Origin: Octopus bimaculoides
Lineage: Eukaryota
Assembly: GCF_001194135.2 (NCBI RefSeq)
Contig: NC_068999.1
Coordinates: 19,204,316 to 19,264,409 of the forward strand
Length of the DNA stretch: 60,094 bases
Direction of reading: 5' to 3'
The position numbers and the translations under genes are program-made. This document shows positions 38,301 through 50,157 of this stretch, piece after piece. The notes under the pieces were generated by a model. That model was given only the letters and a program-made list of their open reading frames with translations, was not told the DNA's origin and made no database searches. Each line of letters opens with the position of its first letter. Positions within the stretch are counted from its first letter, which is position 1.

Positions 38301-40165
38301 TTAGTGAATCTTGACACCAGATCTGTAGTAGTACTTAATCAATTCGATAAATCGTGTGGTAGCTTCATACCGAAGAAATAAAGGAATACAAATAATTATC
38401 CGCCACATACAAACAGCACATTTCATATAAAAAATTGGATACTAGCATGTCCGGATGGTGTTAAATACATCGGATTGACTGCATTCTTGACTAATTTCGC
38501 CATTTCAAGTATTTAAATCTGTCTATAGTTCACAAAATGTGTCACATTCACATTGTTTGTATATTTAGTTGCTATGTTCGTCGATGGCATTTAAAGTATC
38601 AGAGTCATCAATGTTAATAGCATGTCGAACTGTATTGCACGCAAGCACATTTGAATATTTGCACACTTGCACATTTCAACTGAAATAAGGATGTTATTTT
38701 GGAAACGATGCAGAGAATGTCGCTGGTATATTTTAACTGACAGTAAAAAATATATAACTATAAAGAGTTTCAATTCACTATACTGTCTGCATCTACAGCA
38801 AACGTATAGCATAAATTCCTTTCTCTGCTTTTCTTTTAATCAAAAACAAAATATTTTTAGTTTAGCACTATTTTTATCCCTCTGTGTAATATTGAATTAA
38901 CCTATAAGTTGTGCTACTTTTGGGAAACGAATTTACTAGAAATAGAGCGTATATAGCCATAAAATCACACTGTCAAATCGTTTTAAAGCAGTGGTATTAA
39001 AATGTCACTGCTTAAAAATGTAGCTTCAAATGCATTTTTGCTGACTATAACAAAATTACATTTTATTGTATTAATTAGCCTACATGTGATGTCTTCAAGC
39101 TAAACGCATAAAGTGTGCGGATTGCGCTGCACTACGATTTCATTTATTTGAAAAATGTTGCTATGTGTTTCTATGTAAGCGTGCTTTTGTATAGGTGTGT
39201 GTGTGCGCCGGCAGGATCTGTTTTATTTCCTACTTTCATGCCTCATTCTCTCAACTTGTTAACTCAGTACCATGCTGGGATATATATAATGTGTATGTGT
39301 TTTACAAGGAAGTATATATTTCCTTTTTCCTTACCATCGCAATATATGATAATTAAGAATTACGAAGATTCAGCAAAATATTAAATTCAATTCCATACAA
39401 TTTAGACATTAATAACATATGTAATGCAGCGACCATGAGATTGATAATTGCAAATATTTTGTATTACGTACTTGATGAAAAATACTTTGATTATGAAATA
39501 GCTTATAAGCAGTAGACATTGCAATGAATGCTGTTAAAAATAATCTAAATAATTATACTCAGTAATTCGTTTGTCTTTAAATATACATAAATATACGCAC
39601 AAACATATACACACAAACATATACACACATAGATATTAATTTTAATGTTTACCGCGTGTTACAACTAAAATTAATGTTAAGCTGCAAAATAAATGAAGAC
39701 GTTTTGCAGAGCAAATATCAATCGAGCTTTTTCTATAATTTTCCAATGGGCACATTGCATATTTGTTAACAATTCAGCTATAAGTAATACTAGCAGATTA
39801 GTAACTGAGACATGCTTATCGGGCTGGTTTCAATGTATATGTAAATTAGATATATGTACACAAATTATAGTAGTGCATATAGATATATGTATATGTGTGT
39901 GTACGGTGCTTTTGTACTGAATATCATAGGTAAAAAAAGAGAATGCTTTACATAATCATAAAATACAAGACAAACACATTATTATGCAACGAAGAAAACA
40001 TAATACTGAGAAAATATTTACAATCATTGATGTTACAAAGCTTATATTGGGACGAAGTTTGATCTTTGGAAGGAAAACTATTAGATTCACTATATTTTCG
40101 TCTGCCAGGTTTCATCAGTTAAGTCTGACATGTTAAGCTTCGAAAATGAGTACACATGCTGAACA

Positions 40166-40720
40166 TTTAGAAATAATACATTTCTAAATCTCTCAGAGAG
40201 ATTTATGCAGTAGTGATACGATGAAGTAGTTGTATGCTGTCAACTTAATGTGACAGTCCCCTGAAGGGAATAATACTACTGTTGGCTAGACCTTGTAAAC
40301 ATATGGACACAGGAAATGTGTCAAGGCCGACNNNNNNNNNNCTGTCACATTAAGTTGACAGTATACAACTACTTCATCGTATCACTACTGCATAAATCTC
40401 TCTGAGAGATTTAGAAATGTATTATTTCTAAATTTGAAATCAGTGAATGTATTTCACTAGAATTATTATATGTTTACAAGAGCTTGACGGGCATTTTCGA
40501 CTAGCAGGTCATGCTACTCTAGACTGATGACGAGCAAATACTCAGAAACATGTCTCTGGATGCAGGCTTAGCTGGCTGGAGGTGCTTGTCTCCCCTTGTA
40601 AACATAAGGACACAGGAAATGTGTCAAGGCCGACAGAAAGCGGTGCAGCTTCCTAGGTCTAACCAACAGTAGTATTATTCCCTTCAGGGGACTGTCACAT
40701 TAAGTTTACAGCATACAACT
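40166..40720 (+). mobile_element. Retrozyme-like non-autonomous element (350-nt hammerhead-bearing monomer, partial tandem copy, 5' inversion, TSD)
   Basis: Direct repeat CTGTCACATTAAGTT..CA.TATACAACTAC at 40342 and 40692 (period 350); 40291-40331 matches 40594-40634; 40165-40292 is an inverted copy of monomer sequence; flanked by ACATGCTGAACA at 40154-40165 and 40721-40732. Confidence 0.75.
40518..40560 (+). ncRNA. Minimal type I hammerhead ribozyme
   Basis: TCTAGA (stem I 5') CTGATGA C-GAG-CAAATA-CTC-A GAAA CATG TC TCTGGA (stem I 3'). Exact catalytic core, 6-bp stem I, palindromic ACATGT stem III, GUC cleavage triplet (after 40554). The first stem II pair is a C-A mismatch. Confidence 0.75.
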
Positions 40721-41129
40721 ACATGCTGAACAGTTTAAATACTTTGGCGAGAGAAACAAACTCCATAAATTCAATAAATAACGTATTGAATCCAGTAGTT
40801 TGTTAGCTACATCATGCATGTCGACAACCTTTGGCGCACATGAGTCAAAATGCAGTCTTGACATATTGAAAATTCGCCTGATTTAACGGCTCATAAGAGG
40901 TGTTACGGTTATATAATACTGGAGAATACACAGTTTCCACCTGCTGGTTGAAAAATGCAAATTTAACCCGAAGGTGAAACAATTACAAATTGTTGTGGAT
41001 CGATTCTTGATTATCTGTAATTAAGTGTCCCTTAAACTTAAAGAACTGTATTATTCGTTCCTCCTCTTTATCTCTCACGCTCTGTTTCTCTGTAGCTATC
41101 TGTGAGTGCGTGTGTGTTCGCGCGCAAAT

Positions 41130-41440
41130 GTATCTGTTAGTGTATGTCCTGCGTTGGACTCGAAAATGCATCATGTAGTGGCGTTCGGGTTCGGGAGTTC
41201 CATAGTTTTGTGGTGTGTGGAACCACCTCTTATCGTTGTTGTTACCAGGTGCACTCTACCCCACAAAATAGCAAATCCCTTCAGGATCACAGATATGGCT
41301 TAAGTAGATGAAAAGTCTGAGGGAGACAATCTCGAGTGCAAACGAAGCAGTGGCAACTCAACAGCGGGCGGAGCAGTCTATTCCTGTAGGGCAAATCATC
41401 TAGGAGAAGGCCACCTCAATTCAAAATCTATATTTTGCAG
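41130..41440 (+). mobile_element. Possible RTE-clade LINE 5' UTR remnant
   Basis: GC-richer patch ending GGGCAAATCATCTAGGAGAAGGCCACCTCAATTCAAAATC, resembling from memory the RTE 5'UTR motif GGGCAACCAGTCTAGGAGAAGGAAAACTC; no ORF support. Confidence 0.3.
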
Positions 41441-42490
41441 GTCTAAAGATTCTGCCAGCTCACCACCCACATTCAGAAAATATTGAAAAACAAATGCTGT
41501 AAGCAATATAATGACAAGCGTAAAGAAACATGCGTAAAGAAATTGTTTTACTATGCATTGCCTACTTTTGTTGTAGGTCTAAAAATTAAGACTCAACTGG
41601 AGCTAAAGATAACGTATTTATTTTAATTATATTTCATGTATATCAGAGATACTGTATTTGGTCTTCTGTAAAACTTAGGCATTGTATATCTCTGAATAGG
41701 GAAGAAATATGATCAACATTCAAAGAAAATCTGCCGCACTTGATATGTATAATATATCAGAAGTATTTATAAAATCTATATGAAATAGCTGATCGATAAT
41801 TTCTCTAAGTACATCGAAATTCTGCGTCTTCTTTGAATAAACCGCATCCTAAATTCGCAATCAAGGAATAACCGATGTCCATTATTGAAAGAAATAATTT
41901 GATTTCCATGAGATCACATGATTAACATTTATTCAAATATGTATGATATATATGTTTACATGTTCGGCAATTTCTGATTGTTCATTTCAGAGTTACAGCA
42001 AAACGTTTGATAATGATCGACTATTTATGCATAATTTACTTTATGTTGAACAGGACTAGATACTACTGTCCATCAAATATTCTAAATCTCCTTTAGAGAT
42101 ATTTGATTTATTCAAAGTAAGAATATGATTCGAGCCAATTATAATTTTTTTTATATATATTTTATAAGGTTATGGTTATTCACACACCAGGGGATACCAC
42201 TGGAAACCAAAATTTTATAGTTATTTATTCATTACAAAAAGAAGTCATATAAACGTCGTGGCGATTTTCCACTTTAATATATGTACATGAAAGTTTTGAT
42301 GTACAATGTGAAATCATGTAGAATGTTCATGGTATTTCTAAAAATTAAGCATTTAAATGAGTATGGGAGCTCTGACACTAGAAAAAGATAATCGATACGA
42401 TAAATAAAACATAGCTCCTCTTTTAGTCGTACAGATATCGACATTCAATTCTTTACGTATCATTAATCGCATTCTTCAACTTGCATTATA

Positions 42491-42521
<31 letters not shown>

Positions 42522-42690
42522 TCTCATACATATACACACGCGAGCACCTCCAGATGCACTAAGTCACACCCTTACGCACGCACACACATACGCACGCACG
42601 CACACAGACACATACACACACGCACATGTATATAGCAATCTGACTTGTGGCATCAAGTGTTTACTGTAGACAGCACTGCCGAGCTTATTC

Positions 42691-42761
<71 letters not shown>
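42691..42761. repeat. (CAT)n microsatellite, i.e. (GAT)n tail of the minus-strand LINE at 42765-43300
   Basis: Direct reading. Confidence 0.97.
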
Positions 42762-42764
42762 GTT

Positions 42765-43300
42765 TAAGACAGTACCGTGACGTTGTTGATTGAAGATATG
42801 TGTTCCGGTTGTGTGTACTTTCTGCAAGGTAACATTGAGAACTTCAGACAGACAGTATTTTACACAAGATGTGTGCAGTTCCGAGTAATACCGATGTGTG
42901 TAATACACCTAGATTGTACGGTATTTCTAAAGTTTCCAGATAGTTTTCCAGGTTGAGCGATACTGAACTCAATGTTCCGATGACAATAGGCAACCTTTAT
43001 GTTTGACTCTCGTAGCTGCCACATCTTAGCGATCCAGATTCTCGGGTTATCAGATTCTCGGGTTATAGTTATCAGTAATTTTTCATTCTTTGATGATAAT
43101 ATGTCCATCTCATGATAGTGCCACGTTGATTATTAGGTACTATTCTTTGTCCCTCCTAAAGGTTACAATATGTGGCCTTTGGTGCTTTTAATACTTGTCT
43201 GTCTGGAAGTAAAAATCCCAGTTGCTTTTTGCCTTCCCCTATTCGTCCACTACCTTTTCCAGTGTATGTTGGCACCAAGAAACCTTTACCTTACATCCAT
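42765..43300 (-). mobile_element. R4-like RLE non-LTR retrotransposon 3' fragment
   Basis: QHTLEKVV..GKAK.NWDFYFQTDK..HQRPHIV..YLIINVA; IAKMWQLRESNIKV.PIVIGTLSSVSLNLENYLETLEIPYNLGVLHTSVLLGTAHIL. Confidence 0.85.
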
Positions 43301-43301
43301 A

Positions 43302-43455
43302 TTCTTCTTCTTCTTCTTCTTCTTCTTCTTCTTCTTCTTCTTCTTCTTCTTCTTCTTCTTCTTCTTCTTCTTCTTCTTCTTCTGCTTCTTCTTGTGTTGC
43401 TGTTGTTGTTGCTGTTGCTGTTGTTATTATTTTATTATTATTATTATTATTATTT
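43302..43455. repeat. Compound (CTT)n/(GTT)n/(TTA)n microsatellite
   Basis: Direct reading. Confidence 0.97.
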
Positions 43456-45407
43456 TCATTATTATATCTGGTTTTATCGATGTTAATACTGTTAGTAGCA
43501 GTAATGTTGTTGTTATTTATATTGCTATTATTATTTACCTTATCATATAGCAGAAATAAGATATATTTACCAATAAATCTAAAATATAAGAAGTAACATG
43601 ATAAAAGGCGAAAAGCTTTGAAGACTTAGAAGGAAATCTCTATTAAAATAAACAAGAGGGAATGTATCATATAAGTGATTGAAGATTTGACTGCATTGAA
43701 TTACATGTTGTTTGCTTTATCCTATCTGTATAAGCCACCATGGCCCTGTGTACGCACGCACACATACTAGTACGTACATGAATACAGGCCTACACGCACA
43801 TGTATATCTATATATGTAAGTATATATATATATATGTGTGTGTTTGTGTGTGTCTGTGCCTGTGTGTGTAAGTGTGTATCTGACTTTTGGTGTATGCCAG
43901 TTCATGTGTCCTATTTCTTTGCAAATCTTATATTGATCTCCTTATATTAACATACGCATAAATACAATCAAACACGCACACATTCACACACCCACACATA
44001 TATGTATGCATGTGTATATATATATATTTGTGTATATATATATGTATATATACATATGTATGTGTATATACATATATATATATGTATATACACATACATA
44101 TGTATATATACACATGAGTGCGTGTTTGCTTATGTCAAGTTACTATGATTGTATACGTATCAACCTTATCAGCAAGATTTCTCCGTTTTTCTCTCTCTCT
44201 CCTCACTCTGTCTCTCTATCTCTGTTTGTCAGTATTTTTGTTGCCCTTTAACTATCTTTTTCTATATCTCTCTGGTCTTGTTTAACTAAAGAAAATGAAA
44301 TATTTTACAAATATTACTCGTTTTCTAAACAGGTTTCTTGACTTTCCGTTATTTCTTGTATTCCGCTTTCACATTTATTGATATTCTTCAACGTTCATTC
44401 CAAATTCTTATTGCAACTTATCATGATGTTTGGAAATCCCACATGTGCATATGAGAAACCACAATAAACTGTGTGTCTAAATTATCGGCATCCAAAGTTA
44501 ACTGTATCAAAGTTTCAATTGTATTTAGAGATATGTTACTAGATTTATATTTCAATTTTCATGCAGGCTGAAACGCGACAGAAAACTTCCATTCTTCTCA
44601 AATATATTCAACGTTACTAAGTTTTTCATTGCTATCTTCTACACAAAATATCGTGGGAATTTTTACAATAACTGCCATCTATATGGAACAATGTAAATAG
44701 TGGTAACATAGAGTAAGTATACTAGACGCACGACAAGCTGAAATAATAAATTTGACGAAGTCTCTCCGTATCTCTCGGGATGAAATATATATACATGACT
44801 ACAGTCTAAAAAATATTCATTCATTTTGGTGCTTCGTTATTATTTTATCTCCCGTTTGTATAAGATAATTTGACTTCTTATATATGATTTATATATAACT
44901 TGAATATTCCAAATTGAATTTCTAGAGAACACTTTTAAAAGAGTTATAACGAAGTTATTTTGGTATTGGAACTTTTCCAAATTGAAATATAGCAAACTAA
45001 TCAATTCGTTGAAAATTAACCGTTAGCAATGCACGAAGTTTATCTTACCCCAGAAAAGCAGTTGATATATGTTGAGAAATGTAAATATATTTTGTGAATA
45101 GATGTAAACTATCGTACATTATCTTATTTAAATTTCTTTTACTAAAATTCAATAATCAATGTTAATTCCGAAAAATCCCCCAACAAGAAAATAAAGAAAT
45201 TTAATACAATGTGCAACAATGAATTAGACAGAATATTAGGTTGATAATAACGAGGAGAAAAGTGCATACTGGTGTTTTTAACAGTTTTACAATGCCAAGT
45301 CCATATTACAACAATGTGTACGAAAAGAAGTTCAAAATAAATTAAATTTTCAAGTCAAAGTGCCTAAGGATTGCGTAGTTCTTGAAATTATGCAAGAAAT
45401 GATATAT

Positions 45408-45967
45408 CAAATTTCCGAGAACAAACGTAATTTGGAAAGTTCGAAACTTAGGTCCTTGATCATTCACATCTGGGTTGTGCATATATTTAATGTTCTTCCT
45501 ACAGGTAAGATGACATTTTTTTTCATTTTCGAGGCCAGGAAACATTTTTTGCCAGTTTATATATATATATATATATATAATGAAGCTTTGCTATAGCGTC
45601 GTATGATATCGACTGCTATTTCCAGTAAATATTGGTGCATTGTTGTACCATTATTGTATATTTATACTTTAGCCCGATGGTGCTGCTTTGTTTTACTGGG
45701 AAGCAATATCACTGTATTGCGCTATTTGGTACTTTTCTTTTCTTTGAAAACATTTTCACTGTTCTCGGTCTGTTAACGGCCAGGCTTTCAGACAAGTATA
45801 CTGTCACAGATGTAGGAACATTCGAAATTTTGTCTAGGTTAATCTAGACGAAGAGAATTAATCAAATTTACGTTCAGAAACCTAATTTGGGAAGGTCGAA
45901 ACCAGGTCCTAGATTATCTACATCAGAGTTGTACATTTATCTATTGTTCTTCCTACAGGCAAAATGA
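45408..45967 (+). repeat. Pair of diverged ~105-bp direct repeats (45408-45513 and 45863-45967)
   Basis: CAAATTT..TAATTTGG.A.GTCGAAAC..AGGTCCT.GAT..ACATC.G.GTTGT.CAT..TGTTCTTCCTACAGG.AA.ATGA shared; roughly three-quarters identity by eye. Confidence 0.8.
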
Positions 45968-45968
45968 T

Positions 45969-46216
45969 TTTACTCTTTTACTCTTTTACTTGTTTCAGTC
46001 ATTTGACTGTGGCCATGCTGGAGCACCGCCTTTAGTCGAGAAAATCGACCCCAGGACTTATTGTTTGGAAGCCTAGTACTTATTCTATCGGTTTCTTTTG
46101 CCGAACCGCTAAGTTACGGGGACATAAACACACCAGCATCGGTTGTCAAGCGATGTTGGGGGGACAAACACAGACATACAAACACATACACACATACATA
46201 TATATATATACATATA
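45969..46216 (-). mobile_element. SINE family A, 3' half (5' half lost in N-gap)
   Basis: TTTTACTCTTTTACTTGTTTCAGTCATTTGACTGTGGCCATGCTGGAGCACCGCCTTTAGTCGAG... matches the other copies. Confidence 0.93.
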
Positions 46217-46859
46217 NNNNNNNNNNNNNNNNNNNNNNNNNNNNNNNNNNNNNNNNNNNNNNNNNNNNNNNNNNNNNNNNNNNNNNNNNNNNNNNNNNNN
46301 NNNNNNNNNNNNNNNNNNNNNNNNNNNNNNNNNNNNNNNNNNNNNNNNNNNNNNNNNNNNNNNNNNNNNNNNNNNNNNNNNNNNNNNNNNNNNNNNNNNN
46401 NNNNNNNNNNNNNNNNNNNNNNNNNNNNNNNNNNNNNNNNNNNNNNNNNNNNNNNNNNNNNNNNNNNNNNNNNNNNNNNNNNNNNNNNNNNNNNNNNNNN
46501 NNNNNNNNNNNNNNNNNNNNNNNNNNNNNNNNNNNNNNNNNNNNNNNNNNNNNNNNNNNNNNNNNNNNNNNNNNNNNNNNNNNNNNNNNNNNNNNNNNNN
46601 NNNNNNNNNNNNNNNNNNNNNNNNNNNNNNNNNNNNNNNNNNNNNNNNNNNNNNNNNNNNNNNNNNNNNNNNNNNNNNNNNNNNNNNNNNNNNNNNNNNN
46701 NNNNNNNNNNNNNNNNNNNNNNNNNNNNNNNNNNNNNNNNNNNNNNNNNNNNNNNNNNNNNNNNNNNNNNNNNNNNNNNNNNNNNNNNNNNNNNNNTGTG
46801 TGTTTATGTGTGTTTGAAAACGAATCCATACTTTTGTTTCGGTAGTTTATAAAAACAAA

Positions 46860-47900
46860 ATTACCGCTTGAAGATTTGACTCAGTTCTCGACATAATCGC
46901 CTTGCTTTTCCATTCAATACTTCCAGCTGTCCAGAAACTTACTGAATCCATCTGATAAGGCTGTGCGGTGATCACGTACGTAGTAATTTAGGTACCTGTC
47001 GTATCAAATAAGCAAAATTATAAAGGATCTTTGAATGTTCAAAGAGGTGATCGTCAGTGTCGATGACATCTGACCTGTATGGAAGCGGTTCAGGTAACTC
47101 AAAACCCAATTTTCCAATTCTTTTAACGGTGTGGAATACTGTATGTGGGTGTGCATTGCAATTGTTTGACAAGAGACCTCGACATTTGGGTCGATTTCTG
47201 GCTTTAATCTGTTTGCCAGCATTTTGTCATAGCCAACACTAATGACCGTATATCCCTTTTGTAGGTCATGCTACAGTATAAGCCCTTCTGTGTTTCTCAA
47301 AATGGTGAGCATCACCTTTTGTGCAGAAACCTGAGCCCTGAATCTCCTTTTTGCTGTTTCTTCAGGCTGATTCAAACCCTTGCCTTATCTTTTGGATTAC
47401 GACTCAAAGTGATGGACCTTAGTTTCTTCTCCTCCTACTATCCTCTGCGCAATGACTTGAACTTCATCCAACTAACAGTCGATTAAAAATTAACATGTCT
47501 CAACATGATTGTGGTTATGCGCTTCGGTATGATTTCTTGGCACCCATTTTGAACAGACTTTCTAGATGCGAACTTTATTGTGGACTGTTTAGAGAGCAAA
47601 AGTATCACTAAGCTTCAGAGAACATTCGACCTCACCGACGGTCCCGTGTTGGTTCGCCAGAACCATCTCTAGAACTTTATGAAGCATTCCGTTACTACTG
47701 AATGTTGATGGGCGTCCTGTTCTCTCTTTCAGCTTCACTCTTGACCAGCCATATTTAGACTTCGCGATCCCCTCATAGACACTCGTTTGCGGTAGCTCAT
47801 TGTCTTTTTATTATAATTAAAACCTGCGATGAAGTTCTTGCACACATTCAAGCCAGAGAAAAAGAATCATTAATATATGTTCTCCATAAGCGAATTCTCC
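46860..47900 (-). pseudogene. mariner (DD34D-type) transposase pseudogene
   Basis: Frameshifted motifs RFRAQVSAQKVMLT..TEGLIL.DLQKG; NCNAHPHTV (DNARPH); LGFELPEPLPYRSDVIDTDDHLF (HPPYSPDLAPSDYHLF); SDGFSKFLDSWKY*MEKQGDYVEN*. TIRs not identified. Confidence 0.88.
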
Positions 47901-48074
47901 CAGCGGAGCAGCCAAGTTTAATCTTAAACACGAAACAAATCTAAAGTGGACGAGGTAAAACCACGGTTACACACCCAATACAATGCCACGCATTAGCATG
48001 TGAGCAATGAAGGCAGTGCAGGCCATGTAATAAAGTGATTTGGTGAAAGTGTAGATAATCTTTACCTTAAGCTG

Positions 48075-48240
48075 GTAGGTAGGTAGGTAGGTAGGAAGGT
48101 AGGTAGGTGGTTTTAGGTAGGCATGTAGGTACGTATGTATGTATGTATGTATGTATGTATGTAGGTAGGTAGGTAGGTAGGTAGGTAGGTGGGTAGGTAG
48201 GTAGATGGGTAGGTGTGTAGGTACGTACGTACGTACATAC
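48075..48240. repeat. Compound (TAGG)n/(TATG)n/(TACG) tetranucleotide array
   Basis: Direct reading. Confidence 0.95.
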
Positions 48241-50040
48241 GTCCGTAGGTATTTAGATAATTCGGTAAGTACGTAGGTCCGTATGTATCTATGTATGCAC
48301 ATATCGCTCTCAATTTGATGTTCATCTCTTTTTCAGGAAGAGCTTGATGTGTTGATGATCCATTAACAGCGTTGGAGTGCATAAGGATAAAATGTGTCGT
48401 TGAGGAAGTTACCTCACCTAAAAGCTAGCTGGCATGGGAGAATAGAAGTCAGTTGAATATGGCAAGTGATACCTCTGTCATGATAATTCGAGTCGGATGT
48501 CGAAATGCTGATAGTGTGACTACTCAATGACCAGTGAACACTATATATTCTTTAAGACATGCCATGGAGAGCTGAGAAGGAGACTACAAAGCTGTTGGCA
48601 AAAGAATGTGATACAGAAAGTAATGCTTGCATCTATTTGTATTTACACATAAGCATATATCTGTGTGTGCGTGTGTGAGTGTCTATGTGTGAACTTGTGT
48701 GTCTGTGGAACCTCTGAAAGTCTACAGTCTTCTGTATAATTTGGGGATTTAGGATTTGAGGGAATATATTTCACAAATACTGTGAATATATGCATGAGAA
48801 TGAAATATTCTATTCCAGCCGTTTCATTAATATAAACCTGAAACTGCACCATCCAAATATATGTGAACGGTATTGGTAACGAACAATAGAAGACTATTTA
48901 CTAACCCAATGCATAAATAATGAAATACAACATTGTAAATCTTCAACAAAGTAATCCAACTGAGTTGCAAAGCGAAAAATTATTCCATTGAAAGAAGGTA
49001 ATTAAAACTACAGAAAAGAGTTAGTAATGGTCTTGAAAACAGAAAATATCTATTTGGAGAGAATAAACATATTATAAATATAAGTAGATAATTGCATATT
49101 ATATAATCTACGAAATAACAAGAAATCTATTTCTTGAAAACAGCTGCACATACACATATGCATATACACATTCACCTACACATACACTGACACACATATA
49201 TATTCATATCAGCATTCAAGAAAGACAATATCTACCTATATATAACACTATGTATATACAGAGAGATAGAAGCCGTGGCATAAACACATTATGTTCCTTA
49301 TATCTCATAATCTTAATAAAAATATTCTTTCCAAATATTATACACAACATTAGGTTTCGAAATGAGATCAATATCGAAAAATTATTAGGTTTATTATGCA
49401 TAGATCTGATATTGATATGGAGGTATTTCCATCAATGACATACATATTCAAATATAGTTTTGACTATTGTGTTACGTCCATTTAATGGTTAATGTTATGT
49501 ATGCATATATGTATATAGTACAGTAGGAGATAAATATTCCACACTTTACTCAAAATAGTAAAGGTGATATAATAATGTTAATTTCACATTTTAACAGTTC
49601 TAAAATATACTAGTGTACCAATTCAGTGAGTTTAACCATTCAATTTCTTCAAAACCGCACACATTCTTTTTCAAAATCCTCTCTACATATTCATTAATGG
49701 GTTGCTGAACTCTGCTAGAATGCATCTGAATTATGTATGGTCAGGGTAAACTATTGGCCGAAGACAATATGACTTTTATTGTAATCGCTTCTTTTGCTTT
49801 AAAATGAATGTCAAATCTTGTAAGAATATAGGCATGCGCACTGTGTTTGATGTGTGAGTATGTGTGTGTGTGTGTGTGTGTATGTGTGTGTGTGTGTGTG
49901 TTCGTGTGCGTGTGCGTGTGTGTGTCTGTTTGTGTATAATTGATTAAAAATATGCGCGTATACTTCTCTCGTTCTTTCTCCCCTACACACCACCAAGACG
50001 TAGTCTAACAGCATTCCACCGCAAGAAACGCCGCTGCGAC

Positions 50041-50157
50041 TATATAACCGTGCACAGGTTACTGTTGGCCTGCAAGGCCTTTCAGAATCCTTTTAAAGAC
50101 CTGCCAGACAATAAGAATGCCACAGACTTACTATCTATCCACGTGGTCCAAGTAAGT
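50041..50157 (+). promoter_or_regulatory. Candidate TATA promoter with short first exon and splice donor
   Basis: GC-rich CCACCGCAAGAAACGCCGCTGCGAC immediately before TATATAA (50041-50047); CAA/GTAAGT donor at 50151/50152. Motif evidence only. Confidence 0.25.

Noticed and set aside
40622-40655. CAAGGCCGAC...GGTGCAGC, reminiscent of twister-sister ribozyme motifs
   Set aside because: The 3' conserved element is absent and the motif is not conserved in the homologous 53.4 kb repeat; likely coincidence.
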